A DNA stretch of 64,000 nt from an uncultured Clostridium sp. GTDB taxonomy: Bacteria > Bacillota > Clostridia > Clostridiales > Clostridiaceae. A program made the translations under genes and the position numbers. Shown piece after piece: positions 10,088 through 21,528 of the stretch. Positions within the stretch are counted from its first letter, which is position 1; each line of letters starts with the position of its first letter. The notes under the pieces were generated by a model, which saw only the letters and a program-made list of their open reading frames with translations, had not been told where the DNA came from and made no database searches. The stretch spans positions 226,137-290,136 of the forward strand of contig NZ_CAKVJA010000001.1 of assembly GCF_934754925.1 (NCBI RefSeq), given 5' to 3'.

Positions 10088-11563
10088 TTAAGTACCACAA
10101 TAAGTTTTATATGCACAACTAGTAGGCTTTGGTGTTTTTGAATATTCTTCATTAATATTTGAGTAATCATAGGGATTTTTAATTACATTTAAAAGCTTTT
10201 CTATAAGAGTATAATTATTGTTGGTAACTGCTTCATCTAAAGCCTCTTCAACTCTATAATTACGTGGAATAACGGTTGGATTACTTACTTCCATTAAATG
10301 TTTAACTTCATAAACAGATTTTTCTTGTCTTATTAGTCTATCTTGCCAAGCCTTATACCATTTTTTGAAATCATTACTTTGGAACATTTCATTATCTGTT
10401 AAACTTCCTAAAGTTAAATTACAAAAAGTATTTGTATAATCGGCTTTATAATTTTTCATAATATCTAAAAGAGAAGAAATAAGTTTTTTATCTTCTTCTT
10501 CATAATTAAATATTCCAAGTTTAGCTCTCATTCCATCTTCCCAATATTTATTGTATAAACTTCCATAATTAGATAATAATTTCTCAGCAATTTCAATTGC
10601 CTTATTAGCATCTTTATCTAACAAAGGTAATAATGCTTCTGCAAATCTTGTTAAATTCCAACCCCCAATTTTAGGTTGATTACCATAAGCATATCTTCCA
10701 TTAACATCAATAGAACTAAATACAGTATTAGGATCATAAACATCCATAAATGCGCAAGGACCATAATCAATGGTTTCCCCACTTACTAACATATTATCTG
10801 TATTCATCACACCATGAATAAATCCAACTAATTGCCATTTTGAAATAAGAAATGCTTGATTTTTTATTACTTCATTAAGTAAGTATAAATAAGGATTTTC
10901 TACATGTTTAGCACTATCAAAATGCCTTTCTATTGTATAATCAGCTAATGATTTAAGAACATCAATATCACAAAAATTTCTTGCAAACTGGAATGTACCA
11001 ACACGTATATGACTTTTAGCTATACGATCTAATACGGCTCCTTCTAAAAAACTTTCTCTAACTATTTCTTCGCCAGTTGTAATTACAGATAAGCTTCTAG
11101 TTGTTGGAATTCCTAATGCATACATTCCTTCACTGATAATATATTCTCTAAGCATTGGTCCTAAGGCTGCTTTTCCATCTCCACCTCTAGAGTAAGGAGT
11201 TCTTCCTGCGCCCTTAATTTGAATATCAAATCTTTTATTATCCTTTGATATTAATTCTCCTAAAAGAATAGCACGTCCGTCTCCTAGCATTGTAAAATGT
11301 CCAAATTGGTGGCCTGCATAAGCTTGGGCAATAGGCCTTGTATCCTCTAAAACTTTATTTCCACATAAAAATTGTATACCTTCATTACTTTGTAAGAAAT
11401 CCTCATTTAATCCTAGCTCTTTAGCTAATGTTTTATTAAAAACTACTAGCTTAGGATTAGGTACTTTAGTTGGAGTTTGAAATGAAAATAAATTCTTAGG
11501 AAGAGTTATATATGTATTTTCTAATTTTAAATATTCATCCTTTAATATATATGTATCCGTCAT
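10088..11563 (-). CDS. selO: Protein adenylyltransferase SelO/YdiU
   Basis: [42 protein letters not shown]-terminal TYCGT. Confidence 0.95.
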   Translation of the reverse strand: MTDTYILKDEYLKLENTYITLPKNLFSFQTPTKVPNPKLVVFNKTLAKELGLNEDFLQSNEGIQFLCGNKVLEDTRPIAQAYAGHQFGHFTMLGDGRAILLGELISKDNKRFDIQIKGAGRTPYSRGGDGKAALGPMLREYIISEGMYALGIPTTRSLSVITTGEEIVRESFLEGAVLDRIAKSHIRVGTFQFARNFCDIDVLKSLADYTIERHFDSAKHVENPYLYLLNEVIKNQAFLISKWQLVGFIHGVMNTDNMLVSGETIDYGPCAFMDVYDPNTVFSSIDVNGRYAYGNQPKIGGWNLTRFAEALLPLLDKDANKAIEIAEKLLSNYGSLYNKYWEDGMRAKLGIFNYEEEDKKLISSLLDIMKNYKADYTNTFCNLTLGSLTDNEMFQSNDFKKWYKAWQDRLIRQEKSVYEVKHLMEVSNPTVIPRNYRVEEALDEAVTNNNYTLIEKLLNVIKNPYDYSNINEEYSKTPKPTSCAYKTYCGT

Positions 11564-11704
11564 AATAGCTCCTTCTAAATTTTAATAATTTATTATGTTT
11601 CTACTTATATATTTTCTAGTATGGTTATAATTTATACATAACATAAAATTAAAGCTAATATTAAATTTTATTATCGGATTTAATATTAGCTTTATATTTT
11701 TAGT

Positions 11705-12691
11705 CTAATTTTTTATATTATTTTCAAATGTAGAAAAATCCTCTCCCATTACTCTTTTAAATGCAGTATTAAAATGATAATTTTTTAACTCAAGTAATAA
11801 TTCTTTAATTACAGTTTCATCTTTCATATCTATAATTTTATTTATTGAATAAAAACTTTGAATATATTGTTTTCCAGAGCTTATATTATTCCAATCATTT
11901 GAATTAGCTAACTCTTTAAACGGAATAAATTGGGAATTATCATAATTTAAATACTGTATACGTTGAGATATATAATCTGCTACCCCTTCATTTATCCATA
12001 TTGGCACATTTTCAGATGAAATATTATTTTTCTTTAAAAATTGTGAAAAATAATAATGTGATATTTCATGAGTTAATATTCTAGCAAAATTAGCCTTATC
12101 ATTTAAAATATCATAAGAATTATCAACATACATATAAATTGTTTTAAGAGAATCAATATAATAAGCAGATAGATTATCGGCATTTCTATTAAATCTAGAT
12201 AAAAATATATCTTTATCATAATCTAATTTTATTATTAATGACATATTCACTTTGCCAAATATTCTTTCACAATCATATTTTGAATTATCTATACATTCCT
12301 TTAAGAAAGGAATCGCTTCTTCTATATTATTTTTATATAGTATTTTAACATCTTGATAATTAATTTCATTAAATTCAGAATTATAAGTATCATTTTCTAA
12401 ATATGAAATATAGTAATTTCCCAAAATACAAACAGCTTCTTCTAAGTTGCTTGTAATACAATTCCATATAGAAACTACAATAATTAAAAATATATTTATT
12501 AGTATAAAAATTATTTTCCTTTTTCTTTTCTCCCTTATTAAATTTATACTTATTCTAAAAATTGATAATATCAATAGAAGTATTAATACTAAAAAAAAGG
12601 CTCTTGAAACAGTTTTATTCCCCAATACTGATACCATGACATAAATAAAAATTAAAAAAATATTACTTACTAGTTCTACTAAGTATTTCAT
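11705..12691 (-). CDS. Membrane-anchored gluzincin (peptidase MA-like) protein
   Basis: About 3 N-terminal TM helices. HEISH followed by PIWINEGVADY (third Zn-ligand Glu). Confidence 0.75.
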   Translation of the reverse strand: MKYLVELVSNIFLIFIYVMVSVLGNKTVSRAFFLVLILLLILSIFRISINLIREKRKRKIIFILINIFLIIVVSIWNCITSNLEEAVCILGNYYISYLENDTYNSEFNEINYQDVKILYKNNIEEAIPFLKECIDNSKYDCERIFGKVNMSLIIKLDYDKDIFLSRFNRNADNLSAYYIDSLKTIYMYVDNSYDILNDKANFARILTHEISHYYFSQFLKKNNISSENVPIWINEGVADYISQRIQYLNYDNSQFIPFKELANSNDWNNISSGKQYIQSFYSINKIIDMKDETVIKELLLELKNYHFNTAFKRVMGEDFSTFENNIKN

Positions 12692-12872
12692 GTACTCCCC
12701 CATAAAATTAACGATATACTTAGTTTATTAATATTATGTATTCATAAAAAAATGACTTTAAATTTATCTTATATTTACTAGTTAAATTAATAATAAAAAA
12801 AGATATAAGATTTAGTACATTTTAATGATAAATCTTATATCTTTTTACTATTTCTAATTTATGATTCTTTTA

Positions 12873-13952
12873 TTATTTTCTTAAAATATTATTTATTACT
12901 TCTTCAGTAAGGCTTTTTATTACCTCAACAGCTAAGGATACTGATGATTCGATATCTTCTTTAGCACAGTAATTATAATGACTATGAACATATCTTGAAG
13001 GAATACCTAAAACCAGCACTGGTACTGCTTTATAGGTTAAACTTATTTTTGCTGCATTAGTAGATCCACCACGTCTAACTGCATTTTGATATTTTATTGA
13101 GCATTTTTTTGCAATATTTTCTGCATGTCTAATAAATAAGGGATTTCCTATGTAGCCTTGATCTAAATTTCTGATTTGTGTTCCATTTTTTAATGCACCT
13201 TGTGATATATTTTTAGAATAATATAAATCATCTGCTGGTGAACCTTCAAAGACAATTGCTAAATCAGGCTTAACAACTTGAGAGGTAACTTGAGCCCCTC
13301 TAGTACCAACTTCTTCTTGAGCTGCAAATGCTCCAACAACATCTACATTTAATCCACTTATTTTAGATAATGCTTTTAATGTTTCTATAATACAAAAGCA
13401 TCCAATTCTATTATCAAATGCTTTACCATAACAAACTCCATTTTTTTCATTAAAATCAAACTCAACTTTGGGTGCTATTGGATCTCCAATACTAATATTA
13501 AAAATATTTAAAACCTCTTCTCTACTACTTGCCCCAACATCTACAAAAATATCTTCTATCTCTAATGAATTATTACTTCTTTCATTTGCCGTCATAAAAT
13601 GAACAGGCTTAGAAGTTGTTATTCCTTTAATAAGTTCACCATACCTATTCTTAACATAAACAGTATGAGCCGGAATATTTGTATTATGCCATCCACCTAA
13701 TTGAACAATACTTAATAATCCATTGTCATTAATAGCTTGGACCATAAAACCAACCTCATCAGTATGCGCATCTAACATTACAACTAATTTATTACCATCA
13801 TAATTTTTAAGTTTTGCATAAACATTATTCATAGAATCATTTTCTACTATCATTTCATTACAATGTTTCTTTATTACATTTGTAACATCATCTTCAAAGC
13901 CTGATGGTCCAAATGCATTTGATAATTCCTCTAAAATTTTAATATTAATCAT
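12873..13952 (-). CDS. M42 family aminopeptidase
   Basis: GPSGFE, DAHTDEVG, KAFDNRIG, QEEVGTRGA, RYVHS. Confidence 0.93.
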   Translation of the reverse strand: MINIKILEELSNAFGPSGFEDDVTNVIKKHCNEMIVENDSMNNVYAKLKNYDGNKLVVMLDAHTDEVGFMVQAINDNGLLSIVQLGGWHNTNIPAHTVYVKNRYGELIKGITTSKPVHFMTANERSNNSLEIEDIFVDVGASSREEVLNIFNISIGDPIAPKVEFDFNEKNGVCYGKAFDNRIGCFCIIETLKALSKISGLNVDVVGAFAAQEEVGTRGAQVTSQVVKPDLAIVFEGSPADDLYYSKNISQGALKNGTQIRNLDQGYIGNPLFIRHAENIAKKCSIKYQNAVRRGGSTNAAKISLTYKAVPVLVLGIPSRYVHSHYNYCAKEDIESSVSLAVEVIKSLTEEVINNILRK

Positions 13953-14183
13953 ACTTACCCCCTTTTAAACAACAACTAATATTTATATTTTCTTAATATC
14001 CCCAATAAATAATTGATAATAAACTATAATATTAATTACAATTTTATTATTTTATGTTGTTTTTTTATATTATACATTTTAATAAATATATTTGTCTACT
14101 ATAAAAAACAAAAAATACCAAAATATTAAAACTTGGTATTTTTTGTTCTAATTTTATTTAATTTATAGTAAGATAGGCTTTAA

Positions 14184-14528
14184 TTACTTAATATCATCAT
14201 TAGGGTAACTATAATAATGATTTATTCCCTCGAAAATTATATCTTCATTTTGAGCTATTTCTTCAGCAGTTAAATCCTCAATTTTCCCATGAGGATCATT
14301 ATAATTATTAAAATTATAAATATGCTTATGTGCCCCCATAGGATGAAATTTAGGTTTATTATGATTTGAAGTATCAATATCTTTTATGACTTTTCCATTT
14401 TCATCAAAAATTCTTCTTTGTTTAACCTTGTTATTTTCTACCAAATCCACTATACTATTTGGTTCACCTTCAATTGGAAGTTTCCTATTATTATCTTCAA
14501 CTTTAATTACAAATCTCTTTTTGTTCAT
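14184..14528 (-). CDS. Small protein resembling a polymorphic-toxin nuclease domain (Ntox24-like)
   Basis: LP..GEPNS...QRRIFDENGKVIKDID...H..P..HP.GAHKH pattern. Confidence 0.5.
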   Translation of the reverse strand: MNKKRFVIKVEDNNRKLPIEGEPNSIVDLVENNKVKQRRIFDENGKVIKDIDTSNHNKPKFHPMGAHKHIYNFNNYNDPHGKIEDLTAEEIAQNEDIIFEGINHYYSYPNDDIK

Positions 14529-14629
14529 ATTTAGATATTAATAAATTCCTTTCCATTAATGATATAACTTAATATTATTATACTTTATATTTGAAAAAAA
14601 TTTCAATATCTAATATAAAATCAATACTT

Positions 14630-15550
14630 CTACGATTTTAGCATATATGCAATAGCTGCTAAGACTTTATAATTAGCACTCCAAATATCTTTAAACTCTG
14701 AATTTTTTAAAGGACATGTTCCTAGGCCAACTTCAATAGTTATACTTGGTATTGGATTATTTGATTTAGATGAAGCCCAATCCTTAAATCCACCAGGAAC
14801 AACTTCTACACATTCACTATCACTTTTTTCTTTTGTATATCCTGTTACACATGCAATAAGATCTGCTAGTTTACTACATTCATTTTTAACTAAACTATCC
14901 TTATAATCCCAGTAAATTAAATTTCCTGATGAATGGTAACTAATTGTATAAATAAAATTATATTTATCAACTAAATTAACGAGTGCTTTAGATTCAGGTT
15001 CTGAATTAGAAAACTCTCCTTTATAATTCTCAAATGAAGATTTTTTACTTTGATTTATTTCGTCCCATCCAGCATTAAAGTTTCTATTTAAATCAACTCC
15101 TCTAGCATTTGCCTTCCATTTTCTTAGATAACTTTTAAATCTATCACAAGTATATCTACAGTTTAAATCATTATAATAGCATTCATAAATAGAATCTTTT
15201 AATTCTTTACTTCTTATTCCTTTTACTCCTATTTGACTTATTGTAATTCCGTCTGGATTTACCATTGGAATTAAGTGAAATGCTACTGAGTTAAATAAAT
15301 CTCTATATTTAATTCCACAATATTCTTTACTTTCATAATTATTTAAATAATATTCTATTTGCTTCATAACTAATAAAGATGTTAAATATTCCCTACCATG
15401 AATTCCTGCATGGATTAATACATGTTTTTCACTATTACTTTTTCCTAATATTACTTCGTAAATATCTCTATTATCAAGAGATTTACCAATAATATTTATA
15501 TCTAAATTATCTCTATATATTTTTTTGAAAGATTGTAAATCTATAATCAT
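14630..15550 (-). CDS. M14 zinc carboxypeptidase (gamma-D-Glu-mDAP peptidase-like)
   Basis: GIHGRE, PMVNPDG, WKANARGVDLNRNF, SYHS, TIEVG. The 5' end is uncertain (see findings). Confidence 0.88.
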   Translation of the reverse strand: MIIDLQSFKKIYRDNLDINIIGKSLDNRDIYEVILGKSNSEKHVLIHAGIHGREYLTSLLVMKQIEYYLNNYESKEYCGIKYRDLFNSVAFHLIPMVNPDGITISQIGVKGIRSKELKDSIYECYYNDLNCRYTCDRFKSYLRKWKANARGVDLNRNFNAGWDEINQSKKSSFENYKGEFSNSEPESKALVNLVDKYNFIYTISYHSSGNLIYWDYKDSLVKNECSKLADLIACVTGYTKEKSDSECVEVVPGGFKDWASSKSNNPIPSITIEVGLGTCPLKNSEFKDIWSANYKVLAAIAYMLKS

Positions 15551-15772
15551 TTTATCATAAGTATAATTTGATTTTGATATAGTTACTATTTTATATTACC
15601 TCCATAAATGCTTACAATACATCTTATAATTTCTATTGGATTTCGTTCCCATAATAACATATTAATAGAAAACAATATTATAAATATATACATTTTTTCA
15701 TTATAAATGTTTAAAAAATTTCCTTTTTTTCGTATAATATATAATGAAGATTTATTTCAAGGAGGCGATAAA

Positions 15773-16498
15773 ATGAAAAAACCACTGATTGCTATAGCTG
15801 GTGGAATAGTTAAGGATTCTAGAATAGAATTTGCAGGTGAAGATTTTACTAGAATAAATAATAACTATTCAAAAGCAATTGCAGATGCTGGAGGAATTCC
15901 TGTTATTTTGCCTTTAATAAATGATATTGATATTTTAAGTGATCAATTATCTATATGTAATGGATTATTACTTCCAGGAGGTATTGATGTTAATCCACTA
16001 TCATATAAAGAGCTTCCTAGACCCCTTTTAGGAAATTGTAACGATTTAGTTGATTGGTATCATATTAATTTAGCCCAAAAAGCCCTTGAATTAAATATGC
16101 CCATATTAGGAATATGTAGAGGATGTCAGATTCTTAATGTTGCTTGTGGTGGAACATTACATCAAGATATATCATATGCTACAGATTCACCAATTCTTCA
16201 TAAACAAGAAAGTCATCTTTCTGAAAAGTGCCATCCTGTTTATATTGAAGAAAATAGCATTGTACACGAAATATTTGGTAATAATTACATTGTTAATAGT
16301 GCTCATCACCAAGCAGTTAAAGAAGTTGCCCCTAATTTTAAGAATACGTCTATATCTCCTGATGGAATTATTGAATCTATTGAAATGATAAATAAACCAT
16401 TTGTAGTAGGAATACAATGGCATCCTGAAATGATGGCGCCATATGATAATACAACCTTAAATTTATTTAAAAAGTTTATTTATAGTTGTAAATATTAA
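15773..16498 (+). CDS. Peptidase C26 / gamma-glutamyl-gamma-aminobutyrate hydrolase family
   Basis: LLPGGIDVNP, LGICRGCQ, NSAHHQ, GIQWHPE triad. AGGAGG SD before ATG at 15773. Confidence 0.92.
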   Translation: MKKPLIAIAGGIVKDSRIEFAGEDFTRINNNYSKAIADAGGIPVILPLINDIDILSDQLSICNGLLLPGGIDVNPLSYKELPRPLLGNCNDLVDWYHINLAQKALELNMPILGICRGCQILNVACGGTLHQDISYATDSPILHKQESHLSEKCHPVYIEENSIVHEIFGNNYIVNSAHHQAVKEVAPNFKNTSISPDGIIESIEMINKPFVVGIQWHPEMMAPYDNTTLNLFKKFIYSCKY

Positions 16499-16561
16499 AG
16501 GTTTAGACCTAAAACAATTAAATTTTATTGTGGTTTTTAGGTGTATTTTTATATTTATAAT

Positions 16562-16594
16562 CAAAAAGAGAGTCAAATTTGACTCTCTTTTTGA
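16562..16594. terminator. Bidirectional intrinsic terminator
   Basis: CAAAAAGAGAGTCAA-AT-TTGACTCTCTTTTTG between convergent genes. Confidence 0.8.
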
Positions 16595-18277
16595 TTATTT
16601 TGCTACTTTATAAGCATTTTTAAAATGAACTTTACCTAAAGCTGTTACTAAAATACCTTCAACATCGTCATTCCATCCCATTACTGTTGTATAGAAATAT
16701 ATTGGAATAACAGGCATTTCATCCATTAATATATATTCTGCTTCTCTTAATAATGATTCCCTCTTTTCAATATCAGTTTCAATTTTTGCTTCAGCTATTA
16801 AGGAATCATATTCCGCATTGCTAAATCCTGCATCATTATTACCACCATTAGTTACCCACATATCTAAGAATGTCATAGGATCACTATAGTCACCAATCCA
16901 ACCATGTCTTGCAATTTGATAATCCCCATTTTGTCTTGTATCTAAAAATACTGCCCATTCTTGATTTGTTAATTCAACATTTATACCAACTTCAGCTAAA
17001 TTTTGCTGTACAATCTGACAAACGTCTTTATGAGAACCTTCTGAGTTATACATTAACTCAATAGTTGGAAGTCCTTTGCCATTTTCGTAGCCTGCTTCTT
17101 TTAATAATTCCTTTGCTTTTTCAATATTCCCTTCCATATCTTTCGGATCATAATATTCTTTATCAGAGAATTCACCTCCATCTGTTGATGGAATTCCTAG
17201 TGGAACAAAGCTATAAGCAGCAACTTGATCAGCTTTACCAACATTATCTATTATTTCTTGCCTATCAATAGCTAAACACATAGCCTGTCTTACTAATTTA
17301 TTACTTAATGCTTTCTTTACATCATCACCTAGATTATTTTGTTTACCAACATTAATTGCAAAGAAATAGGTACCAAGCTTTGGTATTATATGAACTAAAC
17401 CTTCTTCTTTACCAGGTTCAATTTCATTCGAAGGAACAGAATTTACAACATCAAAATTACCAGCTTTTAATTCAGAGTAAGCAGTTGTTTCATCTGTTAC
17501 TAACTTAAATGTTAATTTTTCTAATTTTACATTATCTGCATCCCAATAATTTTCATTCTTTTCAAATATTAATTGATCTTTCATATCCCATTTTACTAAT
17601 TTAAATGCCCCATTCCCAATATATGTTTCAGGACTAGTTGCCCAAGTATTTGGGTTAGCAGAAACAATATCTTCTCTTACTGGTGAGTAAGTTTGATGTG
17701 CTAATAATTGAGTAAAGTATGCAGTCGGTGCTTCTAATGTAATTTCTAAAGTATAATCATCTAATACCTTAAGACCAACTTCATCTGCTGAAACTTCCCC
17801 ATTGTAATATTTTTCAGCATTTTTAATATAAAAGAATTGATAGCAATACTCAGCAGCAGTATTTTTATCCATTCCTCTCATCCAAGCATAGTAGAAATCA
17901 TTAGCTGTAACTGGTTGTCCATCTGACCATTTACCATTTTCTCTTAGCTTAAATGTATAAACCAAGCCGTCATCAGAGACTTCATAACTTTCAGCTGCTC
18001 CAGGTTCTGCTTCATTTTTATTATTAAGTACCATTAAACATTCAAAGGCATTAACAATAATATTTGAACCATCTATAGCTGTGTTAAGCACAGGATCAAT
18101 TGTTTGTGGATCAGCTCCTAAGTTATAAATAATTTCCTGTTTTACTTCTGTAGAAGTATTGCTAGAATTACTTTGTTTATTAGATGCATCACTACTTCCA
18201 CATCCAATAAATAAAGATGTACTAAGAGTTACAGTCATTAACACTGCACATAATTTTTTCAGTTTTGAATTTTTCAT
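16595..18277 (-). CDS. oppA: Oligopeptide ABC substrate-binding lipoprotein (OppA family)
   Basis: FIGC lipobox, KWSDGQPVTANDF, GNGAF, GWIGDYSDPMTFL. No permease genes adjacent. Confidence 0.9.
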   Translation of the reverse strand: MKNSKLKKLCAVLMTVTLSTSLFIGCGSSDASNKQSNSSNTSTEVKQEIIYNLGADPQTIDPVLNTAIDGSNIIVNAFECLMVLNNKNEAEPGAAESYEVSDDGLVYTFKLRENGKWSDGQPVTANDFYYAWMRGMDKNTAAEYCYQFFYIKNAEKYYNGEVSADEVGLKVLDDYTLEITLEAPTAYFTQLLAHQTYSPVREDIVSANPNTWATSPETYIGNGAFKLVKWDMKDQLIFEKNENYWDADNVKLEKLTFKLVTDETTAYSELKAGNFDVVNSVPSNEIEPGKEEGLVHIIPKLGTYFFAINVGKQNNLGDDVKKALSNKLVRQAMCLAIDRQEIIDNVGKADQVAAYSFVPLGIPSTDGGEFSDKEYYDPKDMEGNIEKAKELLKEAGYENGKGLPTIELMYNSEGSHKDVCQIVQQNLAEVGINVELTNQEWAVFLDTRQNGDYQIARHGWIGDYSDPMTFLDMWVTNGGNNDAGFSNAEYDSLIAEAKIETDIEKRESLLREAEYILMDEMPVIPIYFYTTVMGWNDDVEGILVTALGKVHFKNAYKVAK

Positions 18278-18637
18278 TAAAAGTGCCCCCTTTAAAATAA
18301 AAATATTTATTACAATTTGGTTTAATGATTTTTAAAAATTTTATAAGCTATTTTTATGTTAAATTTCAAATTACAGTTAACATAAATAATATATTTCTTT
18401 TCTCCCCAATCGTACTTAATAATTTATTAAATACTTTAATATAATCATTAATCCTATTGTATCTCAATTAACTTTAATAACCATATAAGGATATTATTTC
18501 TTATATTATAATGTTAAATGTATAAAAAATAAAGGGGGTTATTAAAAATTTGATAAATTCATTTTGAGTTAAACAAAGGTTTAAATGTTTACATAATATT
18601 TTTATATATTTTATTCTATTCATATTTATTTAAGAAT

Positions 18638-18877
18638 TTATGATTTCTTTTTTACTGCATCTATCTTATTTAAAGCAGTTACTACTAACGCAGAAATTAT
18701 TACTAACCATATCATAAAATTAGTTGCACCTAAGAAAGTATTTCTTTGCTCCATATAATTAATAAATGTTGTTACTTCTTCATTAGTAAAAAATAATTCT
18801 GTTTTAAATGTAATATAATATGCAAGTAAAATAAAAATACTATATAATAATGGTTTAATAATTAATATTCTTTTCAT
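18638..18877 (-). CDS. Small membrane protein
   Basis: GGAGG SD, two hydrophobic segments. Confidence 0.6.
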   Translation of the reverse strand: MKRILIIKPLLYSIFILLAYYITFKTELFFTNEEVTTFINYMEQRNTFLGATNFMIWLVIISALVVTALNKIDAVKKKS

Positions 18878-18976
18878 ATTTCCTCCATATGTAATTATTA
18901 TATAATAATTTATGTACACACTTTTAATCATATGTTTATATAATTAAAAAATACAAAACTTTCTTATATATCTAAA

Positions 18977-19507
18977 TCATCTTTCAAACAAAAATTCTTT
19001 ATGTAAAACCCAAGTATTATCTTCCCATTTATAAATGCAAATATTATCAAATTTACAATTATACTTACAAGGAATTTTTGTTACATAATCCCATAGTCTT
19101 TCATATATATTTTGAATTTTTTTTGAACTTATTGTTACATGAAAAATCTTATTTTTACCATCACTTTCTTTAAATTTAATATAAGCTATTTTATTCATGC
19201 TATCTATAAGCTTATCATGCACTTTCTTTGCACTCTGAGACATATTAACATTCATATAAATTACTCTATTATCAAAATGATTATACCCTTCTATTTTAAA
19301 TGGTGTAATTTTTTCGTTACTACATACCTTTTTTATACAATCTTCTAAGTCACTTATATCACCATCATATTCAAATGGAGCCTTTATAGTAAAATGTGCA
19401 GGTAGCTTAGATGACTTAGCTTTGAATTTCATAAATATATCTTTTCTTAATCTGTTATTAAACTCCCCTGCTTCACCTTTTACAACACTTACAACAACAT
19501 ATCTCAT
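18977..19507 (-). CDS. 2H phosphoesterase (2'-5' RNA ligase family)
   Basis: Two HxT motifs, AHFTIK and FHVTIS. Confidence 0.88.
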   Translation of the reverse strand: MRYVVVSVVKGEAGEFNNRLRKDIFMKFKAKSSKLPAHFTIKAPFEYDGDISDLEDCIKKVCSNEKITPFKIEGYNHFDNRVIYMNVNMSQSAKKVHDKLIDSMNKIAYIKFKESDGKNKIFHVTISSKKIQNIYERLWDYVTKIPCKYNCKFDNICIYKWEDNTWVLHKEFLFER

Positions 19508-19635
19508 AACTTACACCAACCTTTCATTTATTATTATATCCTAACTAATATAACATATTTTATTATATTAAAATTTAATAAATATTTTTTAAAATTTATT
19601 CATATAAATCAATAAAAGCTTTTGGAGGAGTTCTT

Positions 19636-20250
19636 ATGCCAAATATATCTACTCATATTAATTTTATAAGAGTTTTAACAACTAAATATTTTAATGAATT
19701 TGATATTAATTTTTTAACATTAGGTAGTATTGCTCCTAGCTACTATATTATTTTTAATGATATTCCTAAAGGTTGCATTTCTCATTTCAAGGATAATCCA
19801 AATAATAAATGTAATCTAACTAAGTTTAAATTAAATTTATCTAATAAAGAGTTAAATTACTCACAAAAATCATTTGCTATAGGTTATTATATTCATCTTT
19901 GGCTTGATAACTATTTTGATGAAAATATCAAGAAACTTTTTCTTAGTAAATATAATGTTCAAACTTTTGAATCTACTATGATAATAAATGAAAATATGAA
20001 AAATTTGGATATAAAATCGTTAATGGGCTTTATATCTAAAATAACTATAATAGATTCATCATTTATTGATTTTCTACCTATAAATATAAATAAATCAATA
20101 CGTATTTTTAAAGATTTTAAATATAAATGCTTAAATAAAAATTTTAATACAACATGCCCAATAATTCTAAATGAAGATGATTATATTGATTTTATTAATA
20201 ATTGTTCAGATATATTTTTAAATGAATATAACTTTAGACAACTAATATAA
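19636..20250 (+). CDS. Zinc-dependent phospholipase C-like protein
   Basis: MP...TH, LGSIAPS (usually APD), SHF, GYYIHLWLD. Confidence 0.6.
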   Translation: MPNISTHINFIRVLTTKYFNEFDINFLTLGSIAPSYYIIFNDIPKGCISHFKDNPNNKCNLTKFKLNLSNKELNYSQKSFAIGYYIHLWLDNYFDENIKKLFLSKYNVQTFESTMIINENMKNLDIKSLMGFISKITIIDSSFIDFLPININKSIRIFKDFKYKCLNKNFNTTCPIILNEDDYIDFINNCSDIFLNEYNFRQLI

Positions 20251-20316
20251 TAACTGTTATAAAACAAATAATAAGATTGCCACAATTAAATTGGACAACC
20301 TTATTATTTATTTTAA

Positions 20317-21519
20317 TTAAATTAAGTTTTTAGTTTTAAATATTTCTAAACTTCTATCTAATATTCCAGTTAAAAAGGCTAATACTATTCCATAATTAGT
20401 AATCGGAATCTCTTCCTTTCTACAAAAATTAATTCTATTTAATATTGTTTTTCTATTTATCATGCATCCACCACAATGAATAATTAAATCATAATCTTTA
20501 ATATTTTCAGGAAAATCATGACCAACTATAAAATCATAGTTAAGCTCTGCCCCTACATATTTATTTAAAAGTTTAGGTATCTTTACTCTTCCGATATCTT
20601 CATGAGAAACATTATGGGTACAACTTTCTGATATTAATATTTTAGAATCTTTATTTAACGAATCAATCTTTCTTACTCCATCAACAAAAGATTTTAAATC
20701 TCCCTTATGATTAGCAAAAAGAATTGAAAATCCTGTTAACTTTATATTTTCAGGCACTATCTTACTTACTTTTTTAAAAGCTTGTGAATCTGTAACTACT
20801 AAATCTACATCTTTTATATCTTGTAAGGCTGAAGTAAGTTCTGTATCTCTAACTATATATATCTTAATTCCATTATCTAAACAATCTCGTATACATTGTA
20901 CTTGTGGAAGTATTATTCTACCTTTTGGAGCTTCTGAATCTATCGGTACTACTAATATAACTTTTCCACCATAAGGAACTAAATTTCCTATTATAGGAAT
21001 TTCATTTTCAGAATTTTGTAACTTACTAATAAGTTCATTTTTTAACTTATCTATACCTTCTTTTGTGTAAGTAGAAACAAAAATTGCTTCTGTATATTTT
21101 TCTTTTATTTGGTCTAACTTATCTTTTTCTATATCTTCTATTTTGTTTATAACTAATAAATAAGGTATATTATATTTTTTAAATTCTAATTTTATTTCTT
21201 CATAATCATTAGAATCTATGTTATTTACATCCATTACATATAAGGCAAAATCTGTCCTCTTCATCATATCCATTGTTCTTTTTATTCTAAGTTTACCTAC
21301 TTCACTTTTATCATCAAGCCCTGCTGTATCTATAAATAAAACTGGGCCTAGTGGTATAAGCTCCATGGCCTTTAAAACTGGATCTGTTGTAGTTCCTGCA
21401 ACTTCTGATACAATTGCAATTTCTTGACCACAAATACTATTAACTAATGATGATTTTCCTGCATTTGTTTTTCCGAATATTGCTATATGCTTTCTATTAG
21501 CATTTGGTGTACTATTCAT
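20317..21519 (-). CDS. hydF: [FeFe]-hydrogenase maturation GTPase HydF
   Basis: GKTNAGKS, DTAG, NKIE, EAPKGRIILPQVQ, CTH and HCGGC cluster ligands. Confidence 0.96.
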   Translation of the reverse strand: MNSTPNANRKHIAIFGKTNAGKSSLVNSICGQEIAIVSEVAGTTTDPVLKAMELIPLGPVLFIDTAGLDDKSEVGKLRIKRTMDMMKRTDFALYVMDVNNIDSNDYEEIKLEFKKYNIPYLLVINKIEDIEKDKLDQIKEKYTEAIFVSTYTKEGIDKLKNELISKLQNSENEIPIIGNLVPYGGKVILVVPIDSEAPKGRIILPQVQCIRDCLDNGIKIYIVRDTELTSALQDIKDVDLVVTDSQAFKKVSKIVPENIKLTGFSILFANHKGDLKSFVDGVRKIDSLNKDSKILISESCTHNVSHEDIGRVKIPKLLNKYVGAELNYDFIVGHDFPENIKDYDLIIHCGGCMINRKTILNRINFCRKEEIPITNYGIVLAFLTGILDRSLEIFKTKNLI

Positions 21520-21528
21520 TTAGACCTC

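Noticed and set aside
15705..15720. CodY-like boxes (also near 18325 and 46205)
   Set aside because: Two or three mismatches to an AT-rich consensus cannot be told from background here.
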